From contig NC_087436.1 of NCBI RefSeq assembly GCF_036321535.1, positions 74,650,001-74,714,000 on the forward strand: DNA of 64,000 nt, written 5' to 3'. Both the position numbers and the translations under genes were made by a program. Of this stretch, positions 51,301-62,972 are shown piece after piece. The notes beneath the pieces were generated by a model. The model did no database searches, was not told where the DNA came from, and saw only the letters and a program-made list of their open reading frames with translations. Position 1 is the stretch's first letter, and each line of letters starts with the position of its first letter. This stretch comes from Camelus dromedarius (Eukaryota).

Positions 51301-53589
51301 ACAAAAACAACAAAAAAACTTAGTTCTGTTCCTGCATGTAGCTATAATTTCTTTTTCAGAGCGTGGTTGAAAAATATAATAATACATATAATTAAACAGA
51401 TCTGAGAATCTTGAAATAAAGCAATCTTTCCTTCTAGAAGTTTAAAGAAAAAAGCTCTCATTTTGAAGACACTTAGAAATGTTCACAAAAGCAAAATTTA
51501 AGGTTATGTATTTGTTCATATCACATTAAATGTCAATTGCCTATTCATCTGAGATCAACATAAGGGATAATTACTTTCACAGAAAATAAAAACTTCCTTT
51601 AGGAATAAAATGACACATTCAACAGATGTCTCCAAAATGACTCTGCCGACAATGTCAACTTCCCATAGCACTATGATGTCAAGGCAAGGCAGGAAGTATC
51701 TGATTTAGGTTATGTTTCTTGGGACATGTTGTAAAAGAGGAATGTGTTATGTAAGTGATATACAATGTTCCAGAGTGCAGCCTGGGCCAATTAAAATATG
51801 CTTGCTTTGAGACCACCCCACCATTTCGAGATAATCAGCTCTGATTTCAGGAATCGCCATATTCTCAGTTGCACCTACCTTTGTCAGTCTTTCAACACCA
51901 TGTCAGGGCTACTCCATTTATTCCAGCTGACTTTTAGCACAACAGAAAGAGCTCTGGATACTAAAGTGTCCGCCCCAGAGGCAAATGAGCATTGAGTTCT
52001 CCGGTTTCAGAGAGTCTGCGGGAGGCTCACTCACCCACAGGCTAGTGGGACTGTGAAGGGCTAACTGGGCCGGCTGGGAAAAGCCCTGCTGGGGTCATTC
52101 AGAGGGCCTCTACAGCGTAGGTAATTCTCCCAGTTCCAAAGCTGAGCACATCAACACGTGGGAGTGACTATCCCTAACCCTTGTATAGATAAATAAACAT
52201 TCCCTCGGAAAGATGCCGCATGCTTCTATCACTACCAACAACAGCAACAAAATATCTGCGCAGTAAACAGATTTAAATGTTGGATTTGCTACTTTCAGAT
52301 TTGAAGTCTTGTCCATGAGATAGTCAGAAAGCAGAATATATGGGATGTTCACTGATTTATTCTCTGGTGGCTTGAAAAAAGAGATTAATGGTCTGCCTAT
52401 AAATTGTCTCATTCTTTTAAGTTCAGATTCAAATATGAGTTCTTGGTTGAAAAATCTGAATTGCTTCAAGAAGGCACTCCGGGTTAGGTTATGACTTTCC
52501 TGTTCCTCTCCCTGTGACAAGCATTCCTGCCTCCTTTACAGGGTTAATCCAAGCACTGGAAGTCTGGGGCTGCAAACCACCCTTAATAACAGAAAACAGC
52601 CTGGGTAGGGAGCTAGAAATAGTGAGCAGAGCGGAAGAGGGAGTGTGACCTCTGGTCAGCTTTCTCCATCCTGATTCTGGGGTTCTCTCCTTTCAGGACT
52701 GCTTTCCACCAGGCTCCTTTGATGAGTTTAGGGATGATATTTCTCTTCCCTTCTTGAAGGCACAGCACTGTGAAAGTCCTAACAGCCTAGGTGTATATAG
52801 CAAAAGTGCTTTTATAAATGTTTGTGTTTACACAGGAAGTAGAACAACTACTCCCTGGGGTCTTCACCGCCCCCCCCCACCCCCCCAACCCTGCCCCATT
52901 TGTTTGCTCACATGTTTGCTTTTTCAGATTAGAAAGCTGAGGCTCTGGACAAATCTAATTATTCAAGATAATCAAGGTACTATCTCTGGTGAGTAGGAAA
53001 GCTGGGATTCAAAGTCAGGCGTTTTGAGCCCTTGCTAGAGCTTCTGCCCTACCCCTCAGAGGTACCAGGGCATATTCTGGGACTGTGTTTTATTTATCTG
53101 TTTTTGTATCCCTGCCTAGTACCATGTCTGGCATCTAGTGTGTATTCATTAAATGTCTGTTGAATACAAAACTGGGATTTATTGTCTAAAACTATCATTT
53201 GTGAGGAGGAAGATGCTATCTGGAAAGCTGTTTGGGAATTTTTATGCCTTGCAGAGTTCAGGGAAATGGAGTTTAAAGCCCTTGGGGAAAGTGCCACAGC
53301 AGCCATTTGGGAATATCCTGTTTTCTTTTCAAGGTAGACACTTCAGTGTGGGTAGGACACGCCTCACGAGTCAAGGACCCGCTGAATGGAGTCACGTTTC
53401 TGTGTGCATGGGCCACAGCTTATCTCCTGCTCTGTGCCCACCTTCTATTTTCAGTCTCAGATGTCACTGAGGACAGCTGGTTTCCTGTCAGGCCTTCATG
53501 GGGTGATGGGTGGTAGGGTATCACCCAACCCCACTGCACCCCATCACTGTACTATAGATCAAATATCTTTTTTTTTCCACTGTGGAAGG

Positions 53590-53918
53590 GACTTTATTTT
53601 TTAATTTTCTATTGAAGTATAGTCAGTTATGCTGTCAATTTCTGGTGTACAGCATAATGTTTCAGTCATACATATACATCATGTATTTGTTTTCATATTC
53701 TTTTTTCATTTTAGATTACTACAAGATATTGAATATAGTTCCCTGTGCTATACAGAAGAAACTGGTTGTTTATTTATCTTATACATAGCAGTTAATATTT
53801 GCAAATCTCAAACTCCCAATTTATCCCTTCTCACCCTCTTTCCTCCCCGTAACCATAAGTTTGTTTACTATGTTTATGAGTCTGTTTCTGTTTTAAGTTT
53901 CTGTAGATAAGTTCATTC
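53590..53918 (-). mobile_element. L1 3' end (artiodactyl type)
   Basis: TTGAAGTATAGTCAGTT...ACAAGATATTGAATATAGTTCCCTGTGCTATACAG...GTAACCATAAGTTTGTT. Confidence 0.88.
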
Positions 53919-56259
53919 GTGGAAGACCAAACATCTTATATTGAGATAGATCCCCTCAAAGCCCTTCTTAGGGACTGCCAGATTTCTGATTCCCTGTTCT
54001 GTCTGTGCACATGATGCAGGAAATTCGCCCTTAAGGAAGCTTAAGGAAGACTGAAAGGCAGCTAACAGGTGAGGGCTGATTAGCCCAGGGAGGATGTCTT
54101 TTTAATACCTAACACCTACAGCTGCAGCAAAGTAAGCCACAGTGATAAGGACAAAAAACAGGAGAAAGGCTGTCTTTAAGGAAAAAAAAAAAATTAACAA
54201 GCAACCAAAAAACTCAGGAGAGTACAAAGAAAAAACTTGCATCATTTTCTGCCCCAGAAGATAATCATTGTTAAGAGGAGGTTTTTTTTTTTTTTTTAAA
54301 GTATGATGTAATTACTGGAGCAATTACTTTTTTAATGATTGCTTTCCTTTGTCTTAGAAAGATAGGTGGACTAAAATGGACAGAGGGCTTCATATTGGAC
54401 AACTTGATCAGTTTTTTCTATACTGAACAGGGCCTGTAAAGAGCAGGAAATCCAACACCATTTACAAAGCTGTCTCATGAGAACTGCTCATCATTCAAGA
54501 AGCTGCCTCTTAGAAGAGACATACAATGACAATTATGCAGTGTAGAGTTTACACTTTGTAGAACTTTATAACAGTTAGTCATCTAGGCAAAGACCAATTT
54601 CTCCATCTCTTCCTTTTTGTCTTCTGTCTTCTCTATTATTTACAAAATCTTCTACCACATAATTCCACATTTCCTGTCACACCACTTATTCTGTATCTTA
54701 TGTTCCTTTTCTATCTCTGCTCTCCTCCTTGAAAAAAAGGCCCCAACCTCTTTGACATTTTGGTCACAGCTCTCCTTTCTCTCATTGTACATATTTTCCA
54801 TCTAGCTGTTTTCTGTCTCTCTCTCTGGACTTTGTCCACTGGGCCTCTTATACACTGTACAATGAGCTGTCAAGTATGTAGGAGATTCTAATCTCAGCTA
54901 GATTTTCCATGTTAGTTAATGCCTTCTTTTATGTTTTTCAGCATAGATTTCCAGCATGATGTTTATGTCAAATAAAAGTAATACTTTTAACAATGTCTCA
55001 AAGATCAAACACTGAATAAAATTATGGAAACTGTAAATCACTTAAAAGTAGTCTGTTAATGTAGTTTTATTAATTTTCCAAAATCCCAAACAGGGCCACA
55101 CCTCTCTGAAATAGGAGGATTAGCTCTTTGAGCTCCCCTCCCCATAGCTGCTCTGTGCTCCAGACGCTTATGTCCAGTCCCAGCTAATATGCTAAGGGAT
55201 CTATTTCTAAAATTCCTTAGGTGCTCTGGAAAAAAGAGAAAGCTGTTTGGAAAGCTATGTTATGTGCCTTCCCATATACAAGTAACAGAACAATTCATAG
55301 AAAACATACAGAAGGGTAGAAAAGAGAAATGATTTCCCAGGGGCTAATTGATTATTAAGAGTAGAACTCAAGAATGTGCTATTTACCGATTTGTGTGTTT
55401 AGCAGACGGCCAGCGAGGAACTGCAAGGAAAGTAAAGACAGTAACTATAAATACTGGAGGGGAGCCTCTTACACCCCCCAAAATACTCCTTGTGAAACTT
55501 TCTCCCGCCTAATGCACCCTTTGCTTTGAATTTTTTGCCCCGCCCCAGGAGAGGTGTCACCTCTTAATGACAACGCTCATATATAATAGACAATAAATGA
55601 TAATTTGTGGGTGACCAAGGATCAAGAACCCTCTCAGAACCTTCATTAAAACAACAGCACAATTACAACCTCAGGAGGTATGCTATTATTAGATGTTTAT
55701 GTACCATCGTCAATGTGCACAGGTAAGTTTTTTTTTAAGCCCCATCATTGAATATTCATTTTTATTACAGAAAAATTTCAAGGTACACAAAAGTAGAAAG
55801 AATAGTATAACGAACCCTCTGTATCCATCACCCAGTTTCAACAACTCGACTTTTTGCCAATCCTGTTTCAGCTGTCCTTTCCATTTTCCCCTCTTGGTCG
55901 GAAAACTTTAAAGCAAATATTAAAGATGACAGCATTTTATTCTTAAATATGTCAGTAAGCATCCCCCAAATTTTACAGTAACTTGATTGATTATTGCAAA
56001 ATGGACCTGCACAAAAAAATACAAAAGGAACATTGAAAACCCTCCCGTGGTGGAAAGACTTGTCACAAACGTTATCTAGCTGTTCTGGTTCTTTGGAGGT
56101 GAGAGCCGAGCGTGGTATTCCTCCGGGAGGGGCGGAGGTGGCAGAGGGAAGGGACTGACCCTAGAGACAACTGAATGCGTTCCTCAGGAGCTGGCCACCC
56201 AGGCATGCGCAATCCAGACCCCAGAGTTGCTAAGGCCCCATGGAAGACAGAGGCTCCGG

Positions 56260-56760
56260 ATACAGTGACAACCAATCACAGGGCTCCAAGGCTAATCAAT
56301 TAGCCAATCCGGATTCGAGAGTGAATCAGCCTCAGCAGTCAGCTCGCCCCACCAACATCCAATCGGGGAGCCAGCTACTTTGGGCGGACTTTTCAAAACA
56401 GCGAAAACAAAACAAATCAGGGACCTTTAAAAGGTGCAATGAGACCAGAAACTATCTCCTTCCGCCTCTCACTCCTATCACTCTCCTTTTCTTCCCCTTA
56501 TGGATCAACCCCAGAATAAAGCCGACGCCCAGATTCCACCCTTCGCCCAGGAACCGAGAGGGAGGAGTGGCTCACTAAAGCAAAGGCGAGCTGAGGAGGC
56601 CACAAAGCTGGATGGGGACGCCACAAAGCTGGCTGGAGACAGAGACTTAGGGGCGGGACTCTTTTTCAAAGACTGTTGAGGAAGCGGCGGATCCCTCCGC
56701 GGGGAGTCACGTGGCCCGCCCCCTTGGGGGCGTCGGAGACTCAAAACAAAAACAAGGGGT
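56260..56760 (+). promoter_or_regulatory. CCNG2: CCNG2 proximal promoter (CCAAT boxes, GC boxes, E-box, forkhead-type sites)
   Basis: CCAAT at 56272, 56304 and 56359; GC boxes at ~56382, 56650-56659 and 56715-56722; GTCACGTG at 56706-56713; tandem AAAACAA forkhead-type motifs at 56403-56417 and 56742-56755. Lies at the 5' edge of the CpG island. Confidence 0.8.
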
Positions 56761-58010
56761 TTGCCTGGGTCTCCGCGGTGGTGGCGGCGGCGGCGGTGGA
56801 GCCCGTTGGGGGGCAGGGCTAGAGGGGCTAGCGCTGCGCCCCAGCCGGAGAGTGGGCGCGCGGGGAGCGGGATGAAGCCGGGGCTGTGAGGCCGAGGGGG
56901 TGGTGGCAGGGAAGAAGGGTCGGATGCTGGTCCAGGGGCACTGCTGAAGCGGCGGGTCCTTGACCTCGGAGACAGGTCCGGACGCCCCCGCTGCGCCCAG
57001 TCGGCTCCGACCGCGGCGCCGCGGCCCGGTGGAGGCGCATCTCCAGCACGGTGAGTGGGCCCACCCGGGATCGCGGAGTTTCTTTGTTCGCGAACTGGAC
57101 CACAGGGGTCGAGTCAGAGTGCCCATCCCTCAGCCTGGGAAGCGATTCCCGTCCTGCCCTCAGCCCTGGGCAGTGGGCGCCTGGAGGCGGAGATATGCTG
57201 GTGGGATGGATGGAGGGGTCGAGGAGGCTGAAGACAGTTCTTTGGTGTACCCCCTCCTCCCCTTCATTTAACCACGGGGCCTCGCTGGGGTGGTTCTTCT
57301 TGGATTGACACAGCCTTGGGTCTCCGCATAGTTGCGGAATCCCGGGCATCAGTGGATGGACGGGCGACCTCTGGGAACGGGGAGGGCTGGAATTGTTCCC
57401 AGACGCCGACCCGGCGGGCCGCGCCACCTTAGCTCTCTCTGGGATCGGGGTCTGCCTCTCGGGTTGTGTACCGAGTAGACGCTGCCGAAGCGGCTGGGGA
57501 AGGCTTGCGGGCTGGACTCCAGCGAGAGGGGTTTCTGGAGCTGGGCTCCGCGGGAGGGGCGGGGCTCGGGAGTCTCCTCCCTCCGGTTCTTTGTTCAGTC
57601 GCGAGACTTTCTCTCCCTTCCCCCCCACCCCATTGTGCAAAGCCCCAGCCCACCGGATCCACTGCGATCGGTGTCCCCAGTGCATTCCACTGGGCAGAAG
57701 CCTTTCCCCCCCACGACTTCAGCTGGGGCAGACCGTCCGGACACCGCCACTCGGGGACAGTTTCCTGTTTGTGAAACGGCGGGGAGGCCGGAGCTGGCCG
57801 GTCTGACCCAGCGCTGGCCGGCGGACGTGACCACAGGCCCTCCCCCTGCCACACCTCCCTGGCGGTGGGGGAGGATTGCATTGGGGTTTGGCTGGACGTG
57901 ACTGGTCCCCTCACCCGCTCCGCGCCTGGGTGTGCTGGGGTGCCCCTCGCTGGAGGTACTGGCACCATCTCTTTGTCCCCTCCCCCTTCCCCCAGCCACC
58001 CCCGGGATAC
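56500..58010. promoter_or_regulatory. CpG island over CCNG2 promoter, exon 1 and intron 1
   Basis: Abrupt rise in GC and CpG density compared with the CpG-depleted remainder of the window; edges are approximate. Confidence 0.9.
56730..57050 (+). other. CCNG2: CCNG2 non-coding exon 1 (5' end approximate)
   Basis: Strong donor CAGCACG|gtgagt at 57050/57051 downstream of the promoter motifs. The TSS cannot be fixed from sequence. Confidence 0.7.
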
Positions 58011-58039
58011 ACTCTAACTGTGTGATGTATTTGCTGCAG

Positions 58040-58177
58040 ATGAAGGATTTGGGGGCAGAGTACTTGGCCGGTCGTGAAGGGGTCCAGCTCTTTGGATTGT
58101 TGAACCTCTACTTAGAACAGGAACAGAGATTCCAACCTCGAGAAAAAGGACTGAGCTTGATCGAGGCCACCCCAGAG
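58040..58177 (+). CDS. CCNG2: Cyclin G2, first coding exon (exon 2, 138 nt)
   Basis: ctgcag|ATG; encodes MKDLGAEYLAGREGVQLFGLLNLYLEQEQRFQPREKGLSLIEATPE, the cyclin G2 N-terminus; donor GAG|gtgagt. Confidence 0.97.
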
Positions 58178-58745
58178 GTGAGTTCCCAGGAAAGATAACT
58201 TGCTCCAGCAGCTGATAGGGCTTGGGGAGATAACTTTAAAAACAGTTTGTTTTTTTTTTAATCAAGACTAAAGGTTGCAAAGTTTCTTAAAACCAAAATT
58301 GGTCTTCCTAGAGTACTAAGATAAATCTTAAGTCAGGGTCATTCTTTTGTTTCTTAGCAAGAATGAGAATGGTACTAACTCTAGGGAAGTGTTTTTCATG
58401 TGTGGCACCCCCAGCCTGCAGCTTCTCTGTGGGACATTCCCTGGGAATTGAGCAGTTCATTTGTGGAAATACCCTCTGCCTATGCAATACTTCTGTGTAG
58501 TCAGCTCTTAAATGCTATTTTTAAAAAAAGAAAACAAGCAAGGAACCTTCTGTATATCCATTACAGGGGAATTGAATTATATTTGCTATAACCCTATGGA
58601 AGTGTGGCAACAGTTAACTTTATATTGAATTGCTGAATGTCTTTTACAATGTATGTTTTTCAAAAAGCAATGATATATACACATTTTGTATCTGATAAAG
58701 TGTAGTGCTTTGGTTGAAATGGTAACACATTTTTTCCATTTTCTT

Positions 58746-58912
58746 TTTTAAAATTTACTTTAAATTTTTTTGGTTTTTTGGAGGGGGAGATAATTAGGTT
58801 TATTTATCATTATTGTTTTTTAATGGAGGTACCAGGGATTGAACCCAGGACCTCATGCATGCTCAGCACACACTCTACCACTGAGCTCAGCACATACTCT
58901 ATCCTCTCCCCC
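58746..58912 (-). mobile_element. tRNA-derived SINE (Vic-1-like) in CCNG2 intron 2
   Basis: GGAGGTACCAGGGATTGAACCCAGGACCTCATGCATGCTCAGCACACACTCTACCACTGAGCT. Confidence 0.88.
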
Positions 58913-59027
58913 TTTTCTCCCGTTTTCTTGAAGATTAAGGGAAAAATACTACCTTACTTGAATCTGTGTGTATTATTCATCTAGTTCTAAGACAGTCATA
59001 ATCATTGGCTCTTGGTTTTTATTACAG

Positions 59028-59165
59028 AATGATAACACTTTGTGTCCAAGATTGAGAAATGCCAAAGTAGAAGATTTAAGGAGTTTAACCAACTTTTTTG
59101 GATCTTGCACTGAAACTTTTGTCCTGGCTGTCAATATTTTGGACAGATTCTTGGCTCTTATGAAG
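59028..59165 (+). CDS. CCNG2: Cyclin G2 exon 3 (138 nt), start of the cyclin box
   Basis: ttacag|AAT; NDNTLCPRLRNAKVEDLRSLTNFFGSCTETFVLAVNILDRFLALMK; donor AAG|gtattt; phase 0/0. Confidence 0.97.
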
Positions 59166-60244
59166 GTATTTGATCATTTTTATATAAAATGATTTTTTTT
59201 ATATCCAGTGCCTAGCACAATGCCTAGCATACAAAGCTTCAAAAAATATTTGGCAAATGAATGTAACAATGTCACCATACATGAACATTTTTAATAATTG
59301 GAATTGTGAGCTTTAGTCCAGATTAAGAGACCACAAAAGTTAAGTGTATTGTTGTATCTTAAATTAGGTTTTGCTGAACCTCTTTATATCCCTTCTTGTT
59401 GAAGCTGCAGCAAAAAAGATTCCTGTTTTTTAGGTATTCTCTATATATGCAGTTCTCAAAATAAGGTTTTCCATTTTCATCTCCCATTATGTTTCTGTTG
59501 AACCTAGGTGTTTTTAAAGGTGTTTTTGTTTTATATGACAAATGGAAGTATAGCACTGTATTCAAGGTGACCTATTGCCTTCCCTATGAGGAGCCTTTTC
59601 AAAGCAGGGGACCACAGTTATCAGCAACTGTTAGAAAAATGTGGTGATTCTTCTGCCAGGAGGATTGCTGTCAGCTGCTGGGTCAGTTTTCAGGGCACTG
59701 AAAAGAAAAGGGCAGCCATCTGTCCATGGTAGCTTTTACATATGCTCCACTCTGCACATCTGATGCAATATCTCTTTGGGGAAATTTGCATTGAAGTAGG
59801 GGATGATTCTTAAATAGATAAGATAAAAAGATAAGTAGAATGTATTATTTTTATATCCAAAGAAGTATATTTTCTTGGTGTTCAAAGGCTTGATTTATTC
59901 TGGGGGGGGGGGGTTGTACTATTTTGTATTTCATAAGTTTGAAATACAGAGTATATAATGCAGTATTAGAAACCTAGCTTTTGAACTTGCATTTAAATTT
60001 TTTACCTGCATTTAAAATTAAATAATGTAAATGCTCAAAATGTCTTTTGTTTTTCTAAAGGTAGGTTAAGACAGTTTAAAATGTAAAAGCAATTAAGTAT
60101 TGTGTGTAAAGGTAAAAGCAGGGAAGCAGCTTGATTGTATTCTGTCTTAGGAGTAGGGGCTCATTACAATATTCTTTCAAGTATCTGCTTTGCCAAATCA
60201 AAGGGACAATTGTTGGAAGAAGCCTTTTGTTCTTTGTTTTCCAG

Positions 60245-60495
60245 GTGAAACCTAAACATTTGTCTTGCATTGGAGTCTGTTGTTTTCTGCTGGCTGCTAG
60301 AATAGTTGAAGAAGAATGCAATGTCCCATCCACTCATGATGTAATCCGGATTAGTCAGTGTAAATGTACTGCTTCTGACATAAAACGGATGGAAAAAATA
60401 ATTTCGGAAAAATTGCACTATGAAATGGAAGCTACTACTGCCTTACACTTTTTGCACTTATACCATACTATAGTACTTTGTCATACTTCAGAAAG
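60245..60495 (+). CDS. CCNG2: Cyclin G2 exon 4 (251 nt)
   Basis: ttccag|GTG; VKPKHLSCIGVCCFLLAAR...LYHTIVLCHTSER; donor AG|gtcagt; phase 0/2. Confidence 0.97.
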
Positions 60496-60706
60496 GTCAG
60501 TGGGGTTATAAATTAAAATTATGTATTTTTGCATTGCCATAAGTAACAAAGACTTAGAATGCTGATGAAATTTACATTTTTATACCCTCCCGACCTTAAA
60601 CTTGGACTTTTGGTGACAAATTTTTTTTCTTTGACAAGTATTTAAAATTGTTTAAATCTTTAGAAGTTTAATAAATAAATATTCATCCTTTCTTTTCATT
60701 ATATAG

Positions 60707-60785
60707 GAAAGAAATACTGAGTCTTGACAAACTGGAAGCTCAGCTGAAAGCTTGCAGCTGCCGACTTACCTTTTCAAAAGCAAAA
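60707..60785 (+). CDS. CCNG2: Cyclin G2 exon 5 (79 nt)
   Basis: atatag|G; KEILSLDKLEAQLKACSCRLTFSKAK; donor AAA|gtaagt; phase matches exon 4. Confidence 0.96.
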
Positions 60786-60869
60786 GTAAGTCAGTTCCTT
60801 GCTTATCTCACTCACAGTTTCTGTTTTGAATTAAAAAAAATACTTACTTTTCTTAACTTTTTTTTGTAG

Positions 60870-60968
60870 CCATCTATATTAGCTTTGTGCCTTCTCAATT
60901 TGGAAGTAGAATCTTTGAAATCCATTGAATTATTGGAAATTCTCTTGCTTGTTAAAAAACATTCCAAG
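60870..60968 (+). CDS. CCNG2: Cyclin G2 exon 6 (99 nt)
   Basis: ttgtag|CCA; PSILALCLLNLEVESLKSIELLEILLLVKKHSK; donor AAG|gtaagt. Confidence 0.96.
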
Positions 60969-61519
60969 GTAAGTATCTTCAGTTCTTAATCTTTAAAGCA
61001 AATTTCTTCCTAGTGTTGTTTTATTTTTTTCTGTGGTCCCTTAAACATTAAGTAACACTTTGTGAGGTTCTTAAGTGTTGATGTTCTCAAAATGCAGCTT
61101 TGATCCAGACAGTATTAAGCTGGAAGGGAATTAGTCACAGCCTGGCTTCTTTTTACATTCAGGTGTCCCTTGTGTAGTATTCTTGCTAGTTGATAATGAC
61201 AGCGGTCTACATTGCCCCGTGCACATTGTTCTAAAATGCGTACTAAGAGGTAGACTTAGTAAATAACACTAATGGCACCCTATTGCATCTGTAGGACTGA
61301 GTCATCGTCCCATTAGTAGTGTTACCAAAATAACATCAGTTATGTTTTTCTTTTTAAACTCCTTCATCAGGCCAGCCCAATAAATTTTTTTTTCAGTTGT
61401 AACGAGGTGTAAAACAAACGAAAGCATAGTTCTTTTTCTTAAGCTAATAGTCCAGTTGGAGAAGTATGGAACTTAATATGAGGCAGGGAGTTCTGTCATT
61501 TATTAATTCTGTGTGGCAG

Positions 61520-62300
61520 TGCTGTATGGTCTTTGTCTCTGAACATAGGGAGTACTTCAGGGTTTTGCTAGCAGAAAAGTAGGATAGAACGCGAGAGGCA
61601 CGATGACTGGGAGCCTGGTTGTACCAAAAGTGAAAGTTTGGGCAGCAAAGGCTTACGACCAGGAAGTTGGGAGAGTCATTGAGAGAAGGTTTGAAGATAG
61701 AATGTCTAGGTGAAATCGCAGGCAGGGTTAAGGATATCCAGCTCAGTGGGTTTGGAAGCCAAGCGTGAAAATGAGGCAAGGAGTTACGAATGACCAGATT
61801 TGGACCTAATGATGGAGGGAGATTTGGGAGAAATTAATTTGTGATCAAAAAAGTATGATGTTAGGTCCTTGTGTACCTTTCAGATAGGGAGATGTCTAGC
61901 AGATATTTGGCAATCTGGAATAAAAACTCAGAAGGCAAATCATAGTTGGAGATTGAGATTAGAAATTTCTGATGAGGAAATAATAGTTGAAGCCATAAGA
62001 GATTTGTGAGAGTCCTTTGCTTAGGGGTCAGTTAAATCTCTGTGTTTTCAGCATTGGCAGTTTCCCCATGAGGACCCAACTAAAGGAAGGTACACTAGAC
62101 AGATATACAAGCACTGTCAGGTTGGAAAGAAGTTTTCTAGAAGGAGGTGGTCAGGAGTATTGAATTTTGATGAAAGGCCCGGTATAATGAGAACTGGTAG
62201 GTGATGTCCGGAGAATAAGGAGTGGTAGAAGCCAGATCGCACGGGAATTAATACGTAGCTGGATTAGGTGGAAATGGAGGCCAAATGATATAAAATCATC
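61520..62300. mobile_element. Degraded L2-like fragment in CCNG2 intron 6
   Basis: Purine-rich tract with L2-like motifs (GGAGATGTCTAGCAGATATTTGG...TGGAGAT...TAGTTGAAGCCAT; GTAGAAGCCAGAT). Confidence 0.5.
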
Positions 62301-62763
62301 TGTTTGTGGTGCAGGTACATGCATTGTGAAGCATTTGGTTTTAACAGGTAACTTCCAACTTTTGTTTAACCATGAGTTTATTAATTTGAATATAAACCTT
62401 TATAATAACGTTACTTGGAAACATCTTCAGTGACGATTCCTTGAAATAAATTTGGGTACTCCCCAGTGGTGGAGGAACTGTGCCCTTCTGGGGAAATTCC
62501 TCTTCTCTCATGTTGCTAACTTCTCCATTTGCAGTTATCTGGTGTCTTAATGTAAATACGTAGCCATCTGAATAATACTGTTACAGAAACCTAAATTGTG
62601 TTGAATTCCTTTGCATTGAGACTATCAGAGAATATACTTGATAACTGATTCATTAACAGACCTAGTGTTTTTAGGTCCGTGTGTTTTCTTAAAATAGGCA
62701 GAGCATTCTATGTATTGAATCCTATGTACATTTTTTATTACCTATGTTGCTCCTCCCCTAAAG

Positions 62764-62940
62764 CAGTGGTTACCAAATTTTGACTGCACATCAGACTTAC
62801 CTGGGGAGCTTTAAAAATTCTTGATGCCCAGATCACACCCCATATCAATTAAGTAGACTATCTCGGGGTGGGAGCCAAGCATCACTATTTTTAATGCTCA
62901 CAGGGTGATTGAAAGGTACAGCAAGTTTTAGGAACCACTG
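62764..62940. mobile_element. MER5A-like hAT MITE in CCNG2 intron 6
   Basis: Terminal inverted repeats CAGTGGTT...AACCACTG; 177 bp; internal ACCTGGGGAGCTTTAAAA. Confidence 0.85.
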
Positions 62941-62972
62941 TCATAACCTGTTCATTTAAATGTTTTTTTCAG

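Noticed and set aside
1..56000. CCNI exons (CCNG2's head-to-head neighbour in human), other host genes, CRISPR arrays or prokaryote-type systems
   Set aside because: No second CpG island, cyclin-like exon, repeat-spacer array or operon-like structure was seen; the region is ordinary mammalian intergenic DNA.
56505..57999. Many overlapping ORFs up to 285 aa around the CCNG2 5' end
   Set aside because: Expected stop-codon depletion in a CpG island; P/R/G/A-rich with no recognisable domain.
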